A stretch of DNA of 63,244 bases, counting the filler, from Hyphochytrium catenoides (taxonomy: Eukaryota; Protista; Hyphochytriomycota): the NCBI GenBank assembly GCA_900088475.1. It is 11 parts of 11 records of this genome, joined end to end, with 100 filler letters (N's around TTAATTAATTAA, not from the genome) between each part and the next. Parts side by side here need not be neighbours in the genome. Positions count along the whole stretch, not along the records: positions 21,138 to 44,500 come from FLMG01001378.1; positions 44,601 to 46,314 come from FLMG01001466.1; positions 46,415 to 52,459 come from FLMG01001318.1; 8 more parts are not named here. One strand, written 5' to 3'. Of the stretch, positions 37,962 through 50,920 are shown one piece after another. Position 1 is the stretch's first letter. Each line of letters starts with the position of its first letter. The notes below the pieces were generated by a model. It was not told where the DNA came from and did no database searches. It saw nothing but the letters and a program-made list of their open reading frames with translations. The position numbers and the translations under genes were made by a program.

Positions 37962-40900
37962 GAAGAAAGAGAGAGAGAATATGTTCAGAAGGCATCAAAT
38001 CAAGGTCATTCTGGTTCTGTCTTGGGTCTCTCTCTCACACAGTACAGCAACAGATTCCGGTCATACTGTAGCAACCCATCCAACCATATTCGGAATATAT
38101 AGAGTTTATAGAGTCTAATATACGGAATACAGAGCAGTAGGAGGTGGTAACCATTTCCTGATTATCAACGCTAAGTAATCTCTTGTTGATTTTTAACTTC
38201 GATCTTCCTCTGCCATCAGTCATCATCATCATCATAAAATCATCATCGCCGCAACAGAAATCTTCCTTCTTCTTCTTCTTCTTCTTCTTTTGTTGAGATT
38301 AGTAGTAGTTGTTCTTGACCTCCTCTAACTAGAGATTGTATGGCTCCTAGAGCTTGCGCGATGACTTGGCACATTCAATATTATTGACAAGTAGGAAGAG
38401 GAGGAGAAAGGTGTGTTGGAGACGACTCTTCTTCCGCGAGGATGATGGTGCCACCACCGCCACCACCACCGCAGATCAGAAGAGCAGCGGCAGCAGCTGT
38501 AGAAGCAGTTCTTCGTTCTTATTATAAAGAATAAGCTCCCTCGTTGTATATTAATGATGAGGAATATTTCTTTCCCAGGCCGACAGATGGAAGGACAGAT
38601 GGAAGAATAGAGGAGAATAATACCTAGACGTAAGAGAATAGATAGTATTTTAAGGTCGAAGCAGCACAATAACAATTGAAGAAGAAGCACCATTGCTTCT
38701 ATAGGAGCGGAGGAATATAATAGAAGATGAACATCTGGCCTTCAATTCAACACACAGCGTAGTGTAGTATGGAAGCAAAAGGCAATGATGCACCCCAGGA
38801 CCAAGAGGAGAACAAGCCAGCATGAAGAAGCGGAGCTTCGTCCCGTCCCCAGTTCCCTTGGCCGGGATTCTCTCCATCTCCGTATCGATTATCTCACACA
38901 AGGCTGAAGAAGATCCATCGTCGTCGGCCGTCAGCAGCAGAAAGAGTTACTGCTGCTACTCTGGGTGGCTTGGGCCAGAAGACAGAGTTTGAGATAGTGG
39001 AGGAGAGCATACAGAGTTACCAAACTCACCATGATGGCTTGACCTCAACCATGCGGGGGCGATGAACAAACTCCAGCAGCAGCAACTTGTTGTTAAATAT
39101 CTACTAGGAGCTAGGCGGGGAGTTGGACACGAGATCTATGAAAGTTTTGCAACTACCAGCTACTGGAGGGCTAGGAAGAAGGGGTGGTGATAAGCTTTGG
39201 CTGGTGAAGGATAGAAGGCTGGAGGAGCGAAACAGGAACTTCGTAAGAAACTCTTGTTATATTGGGATAGTTGGCGACCCACACGGCTCAGTGGAGCCGT
39301 CCTATTCCTAGTTGCACGACGCTAGCGTGTCAGCTTTCCGCTAAGATGAAATAAAGAGGAGGGAGACGACCGTCTGGAACTAAGTAGAGCTAAGTAGCGG
39401 TTGACCTCTTTCACCAGCTTGAGATGGCGTTTCGCCTCCAGCTCGGAGAACCTCGTCTAGTCTTATGAGCGCATGAACTGGGCTTCTTCCAACTTTCAAG
39501 TTAGTGGTAGTAATAGCTCGCAGTCATTATTTCCTCCAAAGGAAGTACTACTATTATCATAACCTCCTCCCGCTTTTTTATCTTTGGTTTGCGTCGATAC
39601 TGAGTGCAAGCCGCTTGCATAGACGATAAGAGCTCTAGAACAAGGATGGACTGAAGGGAGACGTCTACTTCCATTAAAATGATGCGTGATAGATCACTGC
39701 ACAGCAGTGCACTGCTTCGTCTGCAACGCTGCTTCATCCGATTGTGGACGACAATTGTTCAAGTACATGGGCAACCGTAGTGCTGATGAAGAAGTATGTA
39801 TGGTGGAGGACTCGACAAGCGGTAGGTCCGAAGAAGGAGCAGACAAACGGCAGCTACTACGCACCTCTACGTAAGGAAAGCAGCAAATCAATGGGTAGCT
39901 TCCGCTGCTACTGCTCTGGTCTCGGAGGGCAAGCAGGGGGATGGAGACGTCATTCAATGGTGGCTGATGGTCTGACCAAAGAAGCTAACAAAGAGCACAG
40001 TGGCACATGAAGTGCAAAGCTAATCCTGAATGCTTGAGAAGAACGACAGCCGCTCACAGAAACCACAATGCGACGACGACCAACAAGGGCCATAGTCCCA
40101 AAAAAGACTCTATCCAAAAGCAACCAGATCCACGAGCAGCCAGCCATCATGAACCTTTACTACTGATAAAGAGGAAAGCTAAAGTTTTATGAAAGCAGTG
40201 AGAAAGCACCACGAGCTCCGATCATCATCAACTCTAATTTGTAGTTCTTCAACAAGCCCTTGAATGAACCGTGAAAGTTATCACTCGTACTTGTACGTTC
40301 AAGAAGAAAGACTTGAATGGGGCGAGAGGAGGAGGAAAGAAAACTGCGACGTTGGAAGGTGAGACTAAAGGCCGTACAGTGAGAAGTGAACGGGATGAGT
40401 GCACTTCTAAGGGAAGATCCATTTCAATCTATGGTCCAGTAACGGATGAAAGCTTCAGCAGTTACTCTGAAGGAAATAAATATCCCTATAGCTTATACCC
40501 TGAATGGACTGAAAGAAATATAGGGTGATTTCTAATAGACTTCAACGAATGCGAATCTGGGGGGCCGAGCCGTTTCCTGCTGAGAGTTTTGTAGTATTTG
40601 CTGGGCCCGCTGGCCTCTGGCCCGTTTATTACTCACTATGATCTCCAACAGACCGTTCCCTCTCTCTCGAAGGCACCAATGGATAGAATGCGAAATAATT
40701 ATCAGGATACGGGGTGATATCCGTGATTTGAACGCTTTTTTTCCGGTTCGCTTTTAGTTTTCTTCTTTGGAGTTGAAAGGCGGGAACAATGACCCTTTAT
40801 CCCACCGCAAACACAGGCTAAAGGCTCACCCAGTCTCTCAAACATTTGAGCATACTAAATCATTTTAATAAGATTATCCTATCAAACACGAGTGGATGTC

Positions 40901-41125
40901 TAACCCAAATGTTGATTGCTCTATGGCTTCAATGTTGACGGTTCAGGAGGGAGAGAGAGAGAGAGAAAGAGAGACAGAGAGAGAGACAGAGAGAGAGACA
41001 GATGGAGAGAAGAGAGAGAACAAGTACAGAGAGATACTGACGTGGGGGCGACACTGAGAGAGAGAGGTACAAATCACAAACAGCCAACGATGGGTTATAT
41101 ACGACAGGACTGGAGACACGAGAGA

Positions 41126-41185
<60 letters not shown>

Positions 41186-41587
41186 CTTTCTATCTTTCCT
41201 TGCTCCTTCATTACCTTTCTTTGATTTCTTCCCTGGTGGCCGTTCAGGAGCCGCCGAGCCGCCCACTGACTGTCGGCGCTGTGTCTCTTCTTTCGCTCAC
41301 TTGATCTTGCTTCACAGTTCAAATTGGTCGTCAACGCCAGAAGCTGCGTCTTCAGCTTTTTTTCCCAAGCTGCCAAGAGCGTTCTTTCCTTGCTCTTCCA
41401 TTGACCGTGGAGCTCCATTAAGAAGAGCGCAGTTATTAGAAGGAAGAGAGAGAAGAGACAGACCTTTCTCTTTTCTCTCTCTTTCGCTGGTGCTGCCTTG
41501 TCTTGGCGGAAAGACCTTCTATCTGCTGTCCTGTCCTTTGGACTGACTGGAAGATATCCTCTATTACTTTGCCTGACATTCTCAGAC

Positions 41588-42250
41588 ATGGCATTCAAGA
41601 CAATGAAGGGCTGGCTTCTTCTGGCAGTTGTCCTCTTTGCCCTCTTCGCCCCTTCCACTGACGGCGCCTGCTCCAACGGCTGCTCTGGACATGGAACCTG
41701 CGGCAAAAACGACCAGTGCACGTGCCACTTAAGGCCCGATAACAAGTCTCCAGCTTGGATCGGCGGTGATTGTTCCCTAAGAACTTGCCCTAGCGGTATC
41801 GCGTGGTTCGACACTCCTAACGATGTGGACGCTGCTCATCGCGTGACGGAATGCAGCTCCCGAGGCACTTGTGACAGAAAGACCGGGCTCTGCATGTGCC
41901 AGGATGGATACACCGGCATCTCCTGTGAGAGACTCTCTTGCCCTAACGGTTGCAATGGCCGTGGCCTGTGTAAGACGCAGAGAGACCTGGCGGCAGATGC
42001 GGGGAAGACCTATTCCAAGCCTTGGGACGCGCAGAAAGCACTGGGATGCAAGTGTGACTTGGGCTTCCGCGGCGCTGATTGCAGTCTTGTGGAGTGTCCT
42101 AGCGGCCCTGATGTGCTCATGGGCGCGGGCTCAGAGGTCGGGAGAGACTGTGGCGGGAGAGGCAAGTGTGACTATGCCACAGGGATCTGCCAGTGCTTTG
42201 AAGGCTATGCAGGCACTTCTTGCTCTCAGCAGTTTGCTGGGCTGCACTAA
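41588..42250 (+). CDS. Secreted EGF/tenascin-like repeat protein of the Sig/Ocm tubular mastigoneme type; intronless; 220 aa
   Basis: Signal peptide followed by [101 protein letters not shown], the pattern of short stramenopile Sig2/3 (Ocm2/3)-like proteins. Confidence 0.85.
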   Translation: MAFKTMKGWLLLAVVLFALFAPSTDGACSNGCSGHGTCGKNDQCTCHLRPDNKSPAWIGGDCSLRTCPSGIAWFDTPNDVDAAHRVTECSSRGTCDRKTGLCMCQDGYTGISCERLSCPNGCNGRGLCKTQRDLAADAGKTYSKPWDAQKALGCKCDLGFRGADCSLVECPSGPDVLMGAGSEVGRDCGGRGKCDYATGICQCFEGYAGTSCSQQFAGLH

Positions 42251-42285
42251 TCAAACAGGAGAGAGATATAAGCGAGAAGGAGGGA

Positions 42286-42321
<36 letters not shown>

Positions 42322-42505
42322 GCTGGGGGTAACGTTCTCTCTTTCTTGGCTTTCTTCTCATTCTATTGATGTTGGTTTCCTTCTTCTTTGCCGCAATTTT
42401 TCTTCCATCTTTTGTCTTCCTTTTCGGTGATGCTCTTCTCTTCTTTTGTCTAAGGTGGTGGTTCCTGGCTTTATACTCTGGGAATAGAGGAGAGGAAGAG
42501 ACGAG

Positions 42506-42540
<35 letters not shown>

Positions 42541-44600
42541 TCTCAAGTATTCCTTCTTCCCTTATACGTGTGAGAATAAAACGATAATCAAGGTAGAAAA
42601 TGACAGAAACGTGTAGGTCGCGTTCCTTCTTCTTTCCCTTCCTTAACAATTTGTTCCTGCTGGTTCTAAGCAAGGAGAGAGAGAGAGAGAAACTAGCCAA
42701 GAAGAGAGAGAAAGAGACGGAAGCTTTATTTCCTTGTACTCTGCCTCTCTTTACCGCTTCTTTAGTTCCTCTCACTCCTCCTCCTTCTTTATTGGGTTGT
42801 CTCTCTTCTTCGTTCATTCTATGCTCTTTGTTCCTTTTCTTCTCTTCTTTTCTTGCTCTGTCCGCTGTTGTCCCTTCCTTTGATCATTGATTCTCATGGC
42901 TGATCAGGTAAGCGACGTCTCTCCACTTTTCCTTCTCTCTCTCTCCTTAATCAGGACCTGGTTTGTCTCTGCTCGCTGCTGCTCATTCTGTCTCTCTCTC
43001 TCTGTACCATGATGAGGCAGGTCACTGTCATCTGTCCGCGCTTGTCCTCTGTCCCTCTCTCTCTCTCTGTCCCTCTCTCTCTGTCTCTCTCTCTGTCTCT
43101 CTCTCTCCTTGTCTCTCTTTCTTATAGTCTTTCAATGTCTCATTCTTTCTTTCTCTCTCTCTTTCTCTCTCCTCACTCATCTCTCTTTCTTGTTGTTTCT
43201 CTCTCCTCTCTTCTCTTTTTCTCCCTCTCTTTCTTCCTCCTCTCTCCTCTACCTTCTCTCTCTGTTCCCACCGTGTGTCAGCCCCACTTTCCTTTCTCTC
43301 CCACTTTCTCTTTCGGCTGCATTGGTTGTCTCTTCCCCTCATAATGAACTTTCTCTCTCTCCTTCTCTCCCCTGCATCTAAGGGAAGAAGAGAAGATAAA
43401 GCGATGAGGAGAAGGGAAGAGAGAGAACGCCGTTGACATTATTTCTCTCCCTAACGCGGCGGCATCAAAGACAATAGAGAGAGAGGAAGAAAAGCAGAGA
43501 AGGATGGAAAGATTTGGGGGTAAGAGAGAGAGAGCGGGAGAGAGAGCAAGAGAAAAAGAGAGGGAGAGGCAAGAAAAGAGAGAGAGAGACAAAGAGCGCC
43601 ACGAATCTCAAAAGTATGTATCCTGCTAGTATTAGATATGGGCTAGCTGGTGGTGGGAACGGATACGAAGAGAGGGGAGAAAGAAAGCCAGCAGGAGAGA
43701 AAAGAGGGAAGAATTAAAGAGAAAGAATAAAGGGAAAGAGAGAAAGAGGAGAGAGAGAAATAGAGAGAGAAGGAGAGATAAAAAGGGAGACGAGAAGAGA
43801 GAGAGAGAGNNNNNNNNNNNNNNNNNNNNNNNNNNNNNNNNNNNNNNNNNNNNNNNNNNNNNNNNNNNNNNNNNNNNNNGAGAGCGAGAGAGAGAGAGCG
43901 AAAGAGAGAGAGCGAAAGAGAGAGAGCGAGAGAGAGAGAGAGAGAGAAACGACAGAGAGAGAGAGAGAGAGAGATAGACAGGGAGAGAGCAGAACTAAGG
44001 GCGAGAGAAGAGAAGGCAATAAGGGGGAGTGAGGTAAAGACGATAGAAAGAAGAGCGAGCGGCAAGAAGGGGAGAGAGAGCACCACCAGAGCTGAATGCC
44101 ACCCTCAAGAGGAGGAAGAAGAGGAAGAAAAAAGCTCTACGACTCATAGAGAACGGAGACACAGCCCCGTGAGCAAACGACAGGAGGGGAGAGAGAAAGA
44201 GAGAGAGAGACACACAAAAGAAGAGAAGGATAACGAAGCCTTTTATAATAATTCTTCTATGCTTCTAATCTTCCTGCTCTCCCTCTCTCTTCCCCTTCTA
44301 CCTCTTTTGACGTCTCTCTCTAGTGGGAAGGCAGGGCAAGACTTTTTAAGGAGTTGCGGACTGATGGCAAAGAAAGAAGAGAGCAAGCGAGAGAGAGAAG
44401 TGCGAGAAAGAGAGAGAGAGATTGTAACAGGTGAGGTGATGGTGGAAAGGAGAGATGAGAACGAGTAATGTATAAAGATCGTGAAAGAGAGAGAGAGAGA
44501 NNNNNNNNNNNNNNNNNNNNNNNNNNNNNNNNNNNNNNNNNNNNTTAATTAATTAANNNNNNNNNNNNNNNNNNNNNNNNNNNNNNNNNNNNNNNNNNNN

Positions 44601-45240
44601 TCATCACAGGACCAAACACATAGAGGTGCGCTATCACTTTGTTCGTCACAAAGTGGAGAGTAAGGAACTTAAGGTCAAGTACTTGGCAACGGAGGCCATG
44701 GTCGCTGATGTACTTACTAAGCTCTACCGAGGGATAAGCACTCTGCTTTCGCGTTGGTACTTTGTGGTTCAGCGGCACCGCAAATTCAAGGGCAAAGCCA
44801 ATGACAGAGCCAAACGAGTGGGAGTGTAAAGAGTACTGGAAGTTACTGCTTACGTCGGACTCTGCACTGGAAGTCTCTCGCGCACTGTCTCTGCACTAGA
44901 CCGTGCTGGTCTTCTGCGTTAGACTTTGCAGATGGAAGTTCTGATGGCGCTCTGAACTTCTCACTGGACACAAGGACCGAAGCTCTTGAAAGCCTTTCTT
45001 ACTTCGTGTCTCTGATGAGGTCTTTCTCTATCACTCCCTTTTACTTCTATCTTTTTTGCATGTGTTGCTCTTTCATCGAAGAACTTAGATATAGGAAGTA
45101 GTTCAGTATTAAGTTAGCGAGTTGCGTAGTTTAGCTAGTTAGCTCTAGAAGAATCACTAGACAAGAGCTTGATAAGCACTTGGTCACTTTGATCAAACTA
45201 ATTCATTCATCAATCTCCGACGAAGAGCACAAGTCCAACA
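44601..45240 (+). mobile_element. Ty1/Copia LTR retrotransposon 3' end: RNase H tail, PPT ~44816-44824, putative 3' LTR 44825-45240
   Basis: HHRTKHIEVRYHFVRHKV..LKVKYLATEAMVADVLTK is the Copia RNase H C-terminus, with a frameshift after TK. A purine-rich gagtgggag is followed by a TG...CA bounded 416-bp segment. Confidence 0.85.
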
Positions 45241-46314
45241 CTACCTCTCAACGAGCACTCAGCTAAAGTACTGTCTCTCCGTTTCTTGCTGGTGCTCCAC
45301 TCATGGCCATCAATAAACGAGGTGGTGGTCTAAGCCCTATTGCGATAGGAGATGCCCTAAGGCGTTTGGTTTCAAAGTGCTGTTGCAAAAGAGTTAACGA
45401 GCAGGCCCGGGAACTCTTAGCTCCTGTACAAATTGGAGTTGGCTCTCCGGGCGGTGCTGAGGCTGTTGCTCATGCTACACGTCGATTGGTTCGGGAATAT
45501 GGAGAAGATGACTCAAGAGTCTTATTGAAGGTGGACTTTGCCAACGCTTTTAATAGCATTGACAGATCCCTTCTTTTACAAGATGTTCTCGCCAACTTAC
45601 CTGAGCTCTCCCGTTGGGTCAGTCTTTGCTATGGACAACCAGCTGTGCTACTCTTTGGCCCCTATACACTGTCTAGTGCTTCTGGGGTTCAGCAAGGTGA
45701 CCCTCTTGGTCCCCTCCTTTTCTCGTAAGTGCTGCGCCGGCTATCGGACAGAATCAGGGCGGAGGTTCCTGGCCTTGATTTGCACGCGTGGTAGTTGGAT
45801 GACGGGACATTCGTCGGGCACCTGGAGGATGTTCGCCGAGCTCTTACCATTGTGCAGGTATATTGTGGAGAGCTTGGCTTGACCCTAAACATGGAAAAAT
45901 GTGAAGAACTATGGTGGCCTACACGAGCCAATGAATGGCCCACCTTTCCTGAATGATCCCATCCGTCGATGTCCACCTCGCGGGGTGGAGATTCTGGGGA
46001 CTCCAATTGGCTCACTTCAGTTCGTGACCCAACACATTAGAACAATAGTAGGCAAACTCCATGGCATTGATCTTGCACTTGATGCTGTGGAGGATGCTCA
46101 GATCGAGCTTTTCCTGTTCCGGGGCTCTCTGGGTTATGGCAGGATCAACCACTTACTTCGAACATGTTCGCCCGATCTGGTGGAGGGCCCGATGGAGGAG
46201 TTTGACCTCCGTCTGCTAGAAGTATTCCGTGCTGTGCTCCGCACCCCGGCCATATCGGAGAAAGTTTGAATGCAGACTTCTCTTCCAGTTCGTTATGGTG
46301 GATTGGGGGTTTCG
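45241..46314 (+). mobile_element. Non-LTR retrotransposon reverse transcriptase, CRE-like clade, pseudogenised fragment
   Basis: PFLAGAPLMAINKRGGGLSPIAIGDALRRLVSKC..QIGVGSPGGAEAVAH..LLKVDFANAFNSI..GVQQGDPLGPLLFS*..HAW*LDDG..GLTLNMEKC..GVEILGTPIG..*MQTSLPVRYGGLG; three in-frame stops plus frameshift(s). Confidence 0.9.
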
Positions 46315-46729
46315 NNNNNNNNNNNNNNNNNNNNNNNNNNNNNNNNNNNNNNNNNNNNTTAATTAATTAANNNNNNNNNNNNNNNNNNNNNNNNNNNNNN
46401 NNNNNNNNNNNNNNTCTCTCTCTCTCTCTCTCTCGCTCGCTCGCTCGCTCTCTCTGTGTGTGTCTCTCTCTCTTTTTTTTTCTCTCTTTTCAATGCCTTT
46501 TAGCCTCTTTTGGTACTCAACCTGAAGATCCTGACCATCCTTGATCAGAACCCAACTATAACAAGTACTGATAACTAATTCAACACATATCTGATAATCA
46601 AGATGAACAATTGTGCTTGGCGCCCTTTTTTCCAATTTTCAAAAGATCTCTTTTGTCTTTTATTCCCATCCAGCGTCCGAAATCGGCCGAGAATAGCAGG
46701 AAAGTCCGCTTTAGAAAGCGGTTGAGTTG

Positions 46730-47410
46730 TCAGATCATCCGCAAACTCTATGAAGACTCCACGCTCTCCGCAACTACGAAGACAAAAAAGCTATCATTGC
46801 TCAAGTCTTCACCAGCCATTTCTGGAGCTCGGCTGGCTATCGATCTCAGGCTTGTAGACGCCGTTGAAGGAGACGGAGCCATGGCTCCAGACAGATCGGA
46901 GACCTTCAGTCCCTGCTGGTAGTAAAGGAGTAAGGCAAAAACGTGATAACAATGGTACCAAGAAAGGTGGGATGGGTAGGAAAGCGATGGCGAAGGCCAG
47001 AGAACGGACAGGTTCAAGGCAAGGCAATGTTTGTCGGCAAAGGCCGATGCCTTCACGAGGTTCCTGGCCAGATCTACCTCCCAGCAAGTCCACTAGCTCC
47101 TCGGTACGGTATGAATGGAGGAAGACACCTTCTGCTACCCATTACATCCTTTTTCCTACCCCTGTTATATTGTCCTTTGTTGACTCCTTTACTACCAGCA
47201 GAGATAAAGGTCTCCGAGCTGCTGAAGCCATTGCTCTGTCTCCATTGCACCGTCTCCTTTATCGTCCATCGGTATTGCCAATCCTGGAATCGAAAGGCAA
47301 CAGGGCTCCGTCATGGCTGAGGGATACTTGTCATAACTCTTGAAGGCGGCTCGCAGATAACGCGATGCAACAAAGGGCTTGGCGTCATCCTTTGATCGGC
47401 TGATGATCTG
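46730..47410. repeat. Diverged long inverted repeat; arms ~46730-46985 and ~47130-47410
   Basis: Plus-strand ggagacggagccatggctccagacagatcggagaccttcagtccctgctggtagtaaaggagt aligns with the reverse complement of the right arm, ggagacagagcaatggcttcagcagctcggagacctttatctctgctggtagtaaaggagt. Similarity extends outward to cagatcatc. Confidence 0.8.
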
Positions 47411-48383
47411 CCACTGGTGGTGCTCTTCGAATGGTGGTGCTCGTCAGAATAGAGTCCTCTCATAGTGACGTTTTGTGTCTCGTCTCTATCCTTCCTACTT
47501 GCTTCTTTCTATCAACGGTTCTGCCATAGGACGCAGCCCACCTCCTCTCCTCTCCGCTGTTCTATCAGGAAGCGCAAAGGGTGATTACATCTTCCTAACC
47601 AAGAACCAAGAACTACTGAAAGGTGTTTTTTTATGCTGTCAGCCACCGGGAGTGCTGCTCTGTCGCTTGCTCTTACTCCTTTCACGTGTTGTTGCTCTGA
47701 GAATAGAAATGAAGAGTCTAGATCTGTCCGACCCTTCCAGCTCCTTATCCTTCTTCCCTCATTAGCCTTTACCGTCTAGAGTTCTCGCGCTTCTCTTCTT
47801 CTGTAAGACTCCAGTTTTAGTCCCCCCATCATCATACCACTCAGAGGACAGGAACCAGCTCCTGCAGGTCTCTCTAAAGATGGAGAGAGTGATGCTGAAG
47901 GAGGAGGGCTTTCGCTATCTTCGTAGCTGACTTCTCCCTCTATGCTGAGCCTATTCTTTGTATAAACGAACAGGGCCCTTCCGTGGCCAATGAAAAGACT
48001 TTCTGCCCTATCATCCTTTTTTGCTCTTCAGTCCATCTTCCTTCTCAAGTTACTCCCTGCTTGTCCTCTCATGACAGTGGAACTCCAAGAAGGAGAAGAA
48101 CTATCCGCTATGTTCTCTCTTCCTCATCGTGCACTTCTGAGGTGTCCAGGTTTACGGTTAGTATGACTGAACCAGCCCTGGTATGGTGCTGTCCAAAGTC
48201 GGATGAGAAGACAGCAGACAGGAGGAAGTCAAATGTAAAGCTAGCGGACAAAGAGTAAGAGTGAAGTACACCGTGACGGAGAAAGCGTAAGCAAGTACCT
48301 CGCAGGGTAAGAAGGACGCTGCCATCTGGACAAGCATGTCGCAGGACGGAGTAATAAGTTAGTGGTTATCGATGCGCCTCCGA

Positions 48384-50882
48384 TTAGAAATGTACATTGT
48401 CATAGGTGGGCTTTGAAGGTACAGGGTCCGGAGTGCGAATATTAGGATCGTTCTCTCCTCCTGAATGCGGTGAGAGACCAATCGGAGAAGGTGAGATGGG
48501 GAAGAGGACATGGTCCAGACCGCCTCTGGCTGCTGGAGTGCCAGAGGAGAGAGGAGGCGTTTTGTTCGACGTCAACGAGGCGAATCGAAGGTTGGATTGG
48601 ACGGGAGCCAACTCAAAGGACGCGGCAAGTCCTCCGGTGATAGAATCCAGCGAATGATGGTTCATGGGTGATGGGGATGGTGAAGGAGAGGGCGTTTCTC
48701 CTGGAAATAAAGAGCGAGAAGCGGATGTGGAAGAACTGGATGAGACACACGCGTAGAAGAGAGAGCACGAGAAACATGAGACGAACGAGAAAGATACGGA
48801 ATGACCAAGCAGAGGAAGGACAACTGCGGGTTGAGGACGGCAACAGATGCAGAGGTCGCCCGCAGCTTTTAACTTAGACAACAGTAGATGAAGGCTTACC
48901 CAGCCTAGATGCTACGTGCTGGGCTTCTCCTAAGGCGTTGGCGAAGATCGATGCCTGAAGGTGAATAAATGCGTTGGCAATGTCGGCCAGCTCTACATCT
49001 TTCTCAGCCAACCAGCGACGGTATTCCTCCATAACTATTCTGTGCACCTAGAGGGAGTGATGGATAGAGCTAATGAGCACTGTGGAAAGCGAGTGAGAGA
49101 GGACTGGCAGCTGCGTAACGTAACAAGCATAGTGAGAGAGAACGAAGATAATGGTAAGCGAGGTTGGAGCTGAATCGGATGAAAACTATATTAAGGAGCG
49201 GCATAGAGCTTAACAGAAGAAAGGAGCAGAGAAGCGGAGGCGGCAACGGAAAGGAGCGGGGTGACTGCAGAACTCAGCTTACCTCCTCAAAATCCGCCCT
49301 TGTTTGCGCAGTGTTTTGCTTCTTGAACTGCTCTGCGGAGAGGTGAGCGTACCTTTTACCCTCTCGAACCTTCAGCGCGTCTCTTACTGCAGAAACCTTG
49401 AAGCGGCGGATGGAACGGTTAGATGCCTGTCGACTGAGGAAAAGGAAGGCAGTTCTCTGACCTGCTTTAGAAAGTCCGAGACTTGGAAACTGAAGGTTCG
49501 CATCCTCTCGTCCATTCTCTTCTCTACAGGAACGGAGAATGAGCATGTGCTTGTGGATGAGGGAGGGAGACAGAATGGCAGACAAAAGAGGCAGAGAAAG
49601 AAAAGGGCCCAGTCATACGTGTCGGCTTGTTATCTCTGTCTTTGGGGAAGAACAAGATTTGCTAGCCTAAGATTATCCACGCTACGTACCATGTACGAGA
49701 CGAAGCGGCTCAGCAAAAAAGCAAGGGTAAGAGAGAACGAGGCCATAACCCTGGTAAAGAGACGAAGTGACAAGAAGAAGAAAAAGGAAGAACAGCAAGA
49801 CGGGCTGCTTCTTCTCAGGTCTCCCACTATACCTTCAAGCTGAAAGAGTTTACTTAGACTTCTCAGGGGATTCCCTGTCCTCGTAGAGCCCTCTGAGAGC
49901 TCTAAAGAGCTAAGACGCCGCAGGCTCTCAGCTCCTCCTGCCCATACAGCAGCCATCTGCTTTCCATTCTTATGAAGCGTCTGAGCTCGACTATTCAGCT
50001 CCTTCAGGTACTGATACAAGCTGTCAATGTACCTGCGGCAGCCAGCAGGGTCAGTCTGGAGAAGCAGCTCACACAGTAAAGTTAGGGAGACCAAGCCGAT
50101 GACACCCGACTCAATGGAAACTTATATGGTGAGGATGGAGGCAGGAAAGAGACTGCCTTACGCTGTAAGGCATCAAAGGAAGGCAGGCATCTCAAAGAAA
50201 ATGCCCCGTCAGGCGAGCCTGCCTAGGTTGCAAAGAGGAGAAGGCTGGCATAATCACGGTAATGTTCCGAGAAACGCAGACAGAAGATCTTGACCAGGGA
50301 AGTTAAGTGTAAAAGCAGAGAAGACTGTTTGCAGATTATGACAGAGGGGTTGACCTACTATCCCTACCGGACGGCATTCGTAAACTCCGTGTCTTCTCCA
50401 AACTTGGTGCCCGCCATTTGCGCACCTGCTTTGATTGCCATCTGCTTCATCTAAGTTTTGATGTAGAACGGAAAGAGGGACAGAAAGAGAGAGGGAGGCA
50501 ATACATGATTAGCCAGGAAAGGAAAGAAACAGAGGGAGAGAGAAAAAGAAAGGGAGAGAGAGAGACAGAGCTTTCTTCCGCCCATCTCTCTCGTCGGTCT
50601 CCTTCTCGTCCCAATTTGCACCATTATTCTCATCTTCAACGATCAAAGCGGTACATTATGCCCTCACCTGTTCGTTCTCCGCAATCTTCAGCTTCGCCTT
50701 CTCCCAAAGGCTCATGTTAACATTCGTGAAGCCGGCCTTGAGGTTCCTCATCGAGCTACTCAGATCCTTGCTTGAAGATTGTCGGAGACTGAAGAGACAG
50801 CAACATACGGGTTGAGGCGGCAGACAAACGAAAAGGGAGGCAAAGATAGAGAGACATATCGTGAGAGTATCAACTGAGGGAG

Positions 50883-50920
<38 letters not shown>

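Noticed and set aside
2440-42250. Flagellar or membrane-traffic gene cluster
   Set aside because: The genes lie on different concatenated contigs, so linkage is unsupported.
45720-46270. Alternative genetic code suggested by in-frame stops in the RT
   Set aside because: The three stops fall at L-, Y- and W-like positions alongside frameshifts, and host genes end in TAA, TAG and TGA; this is ordinary decay.
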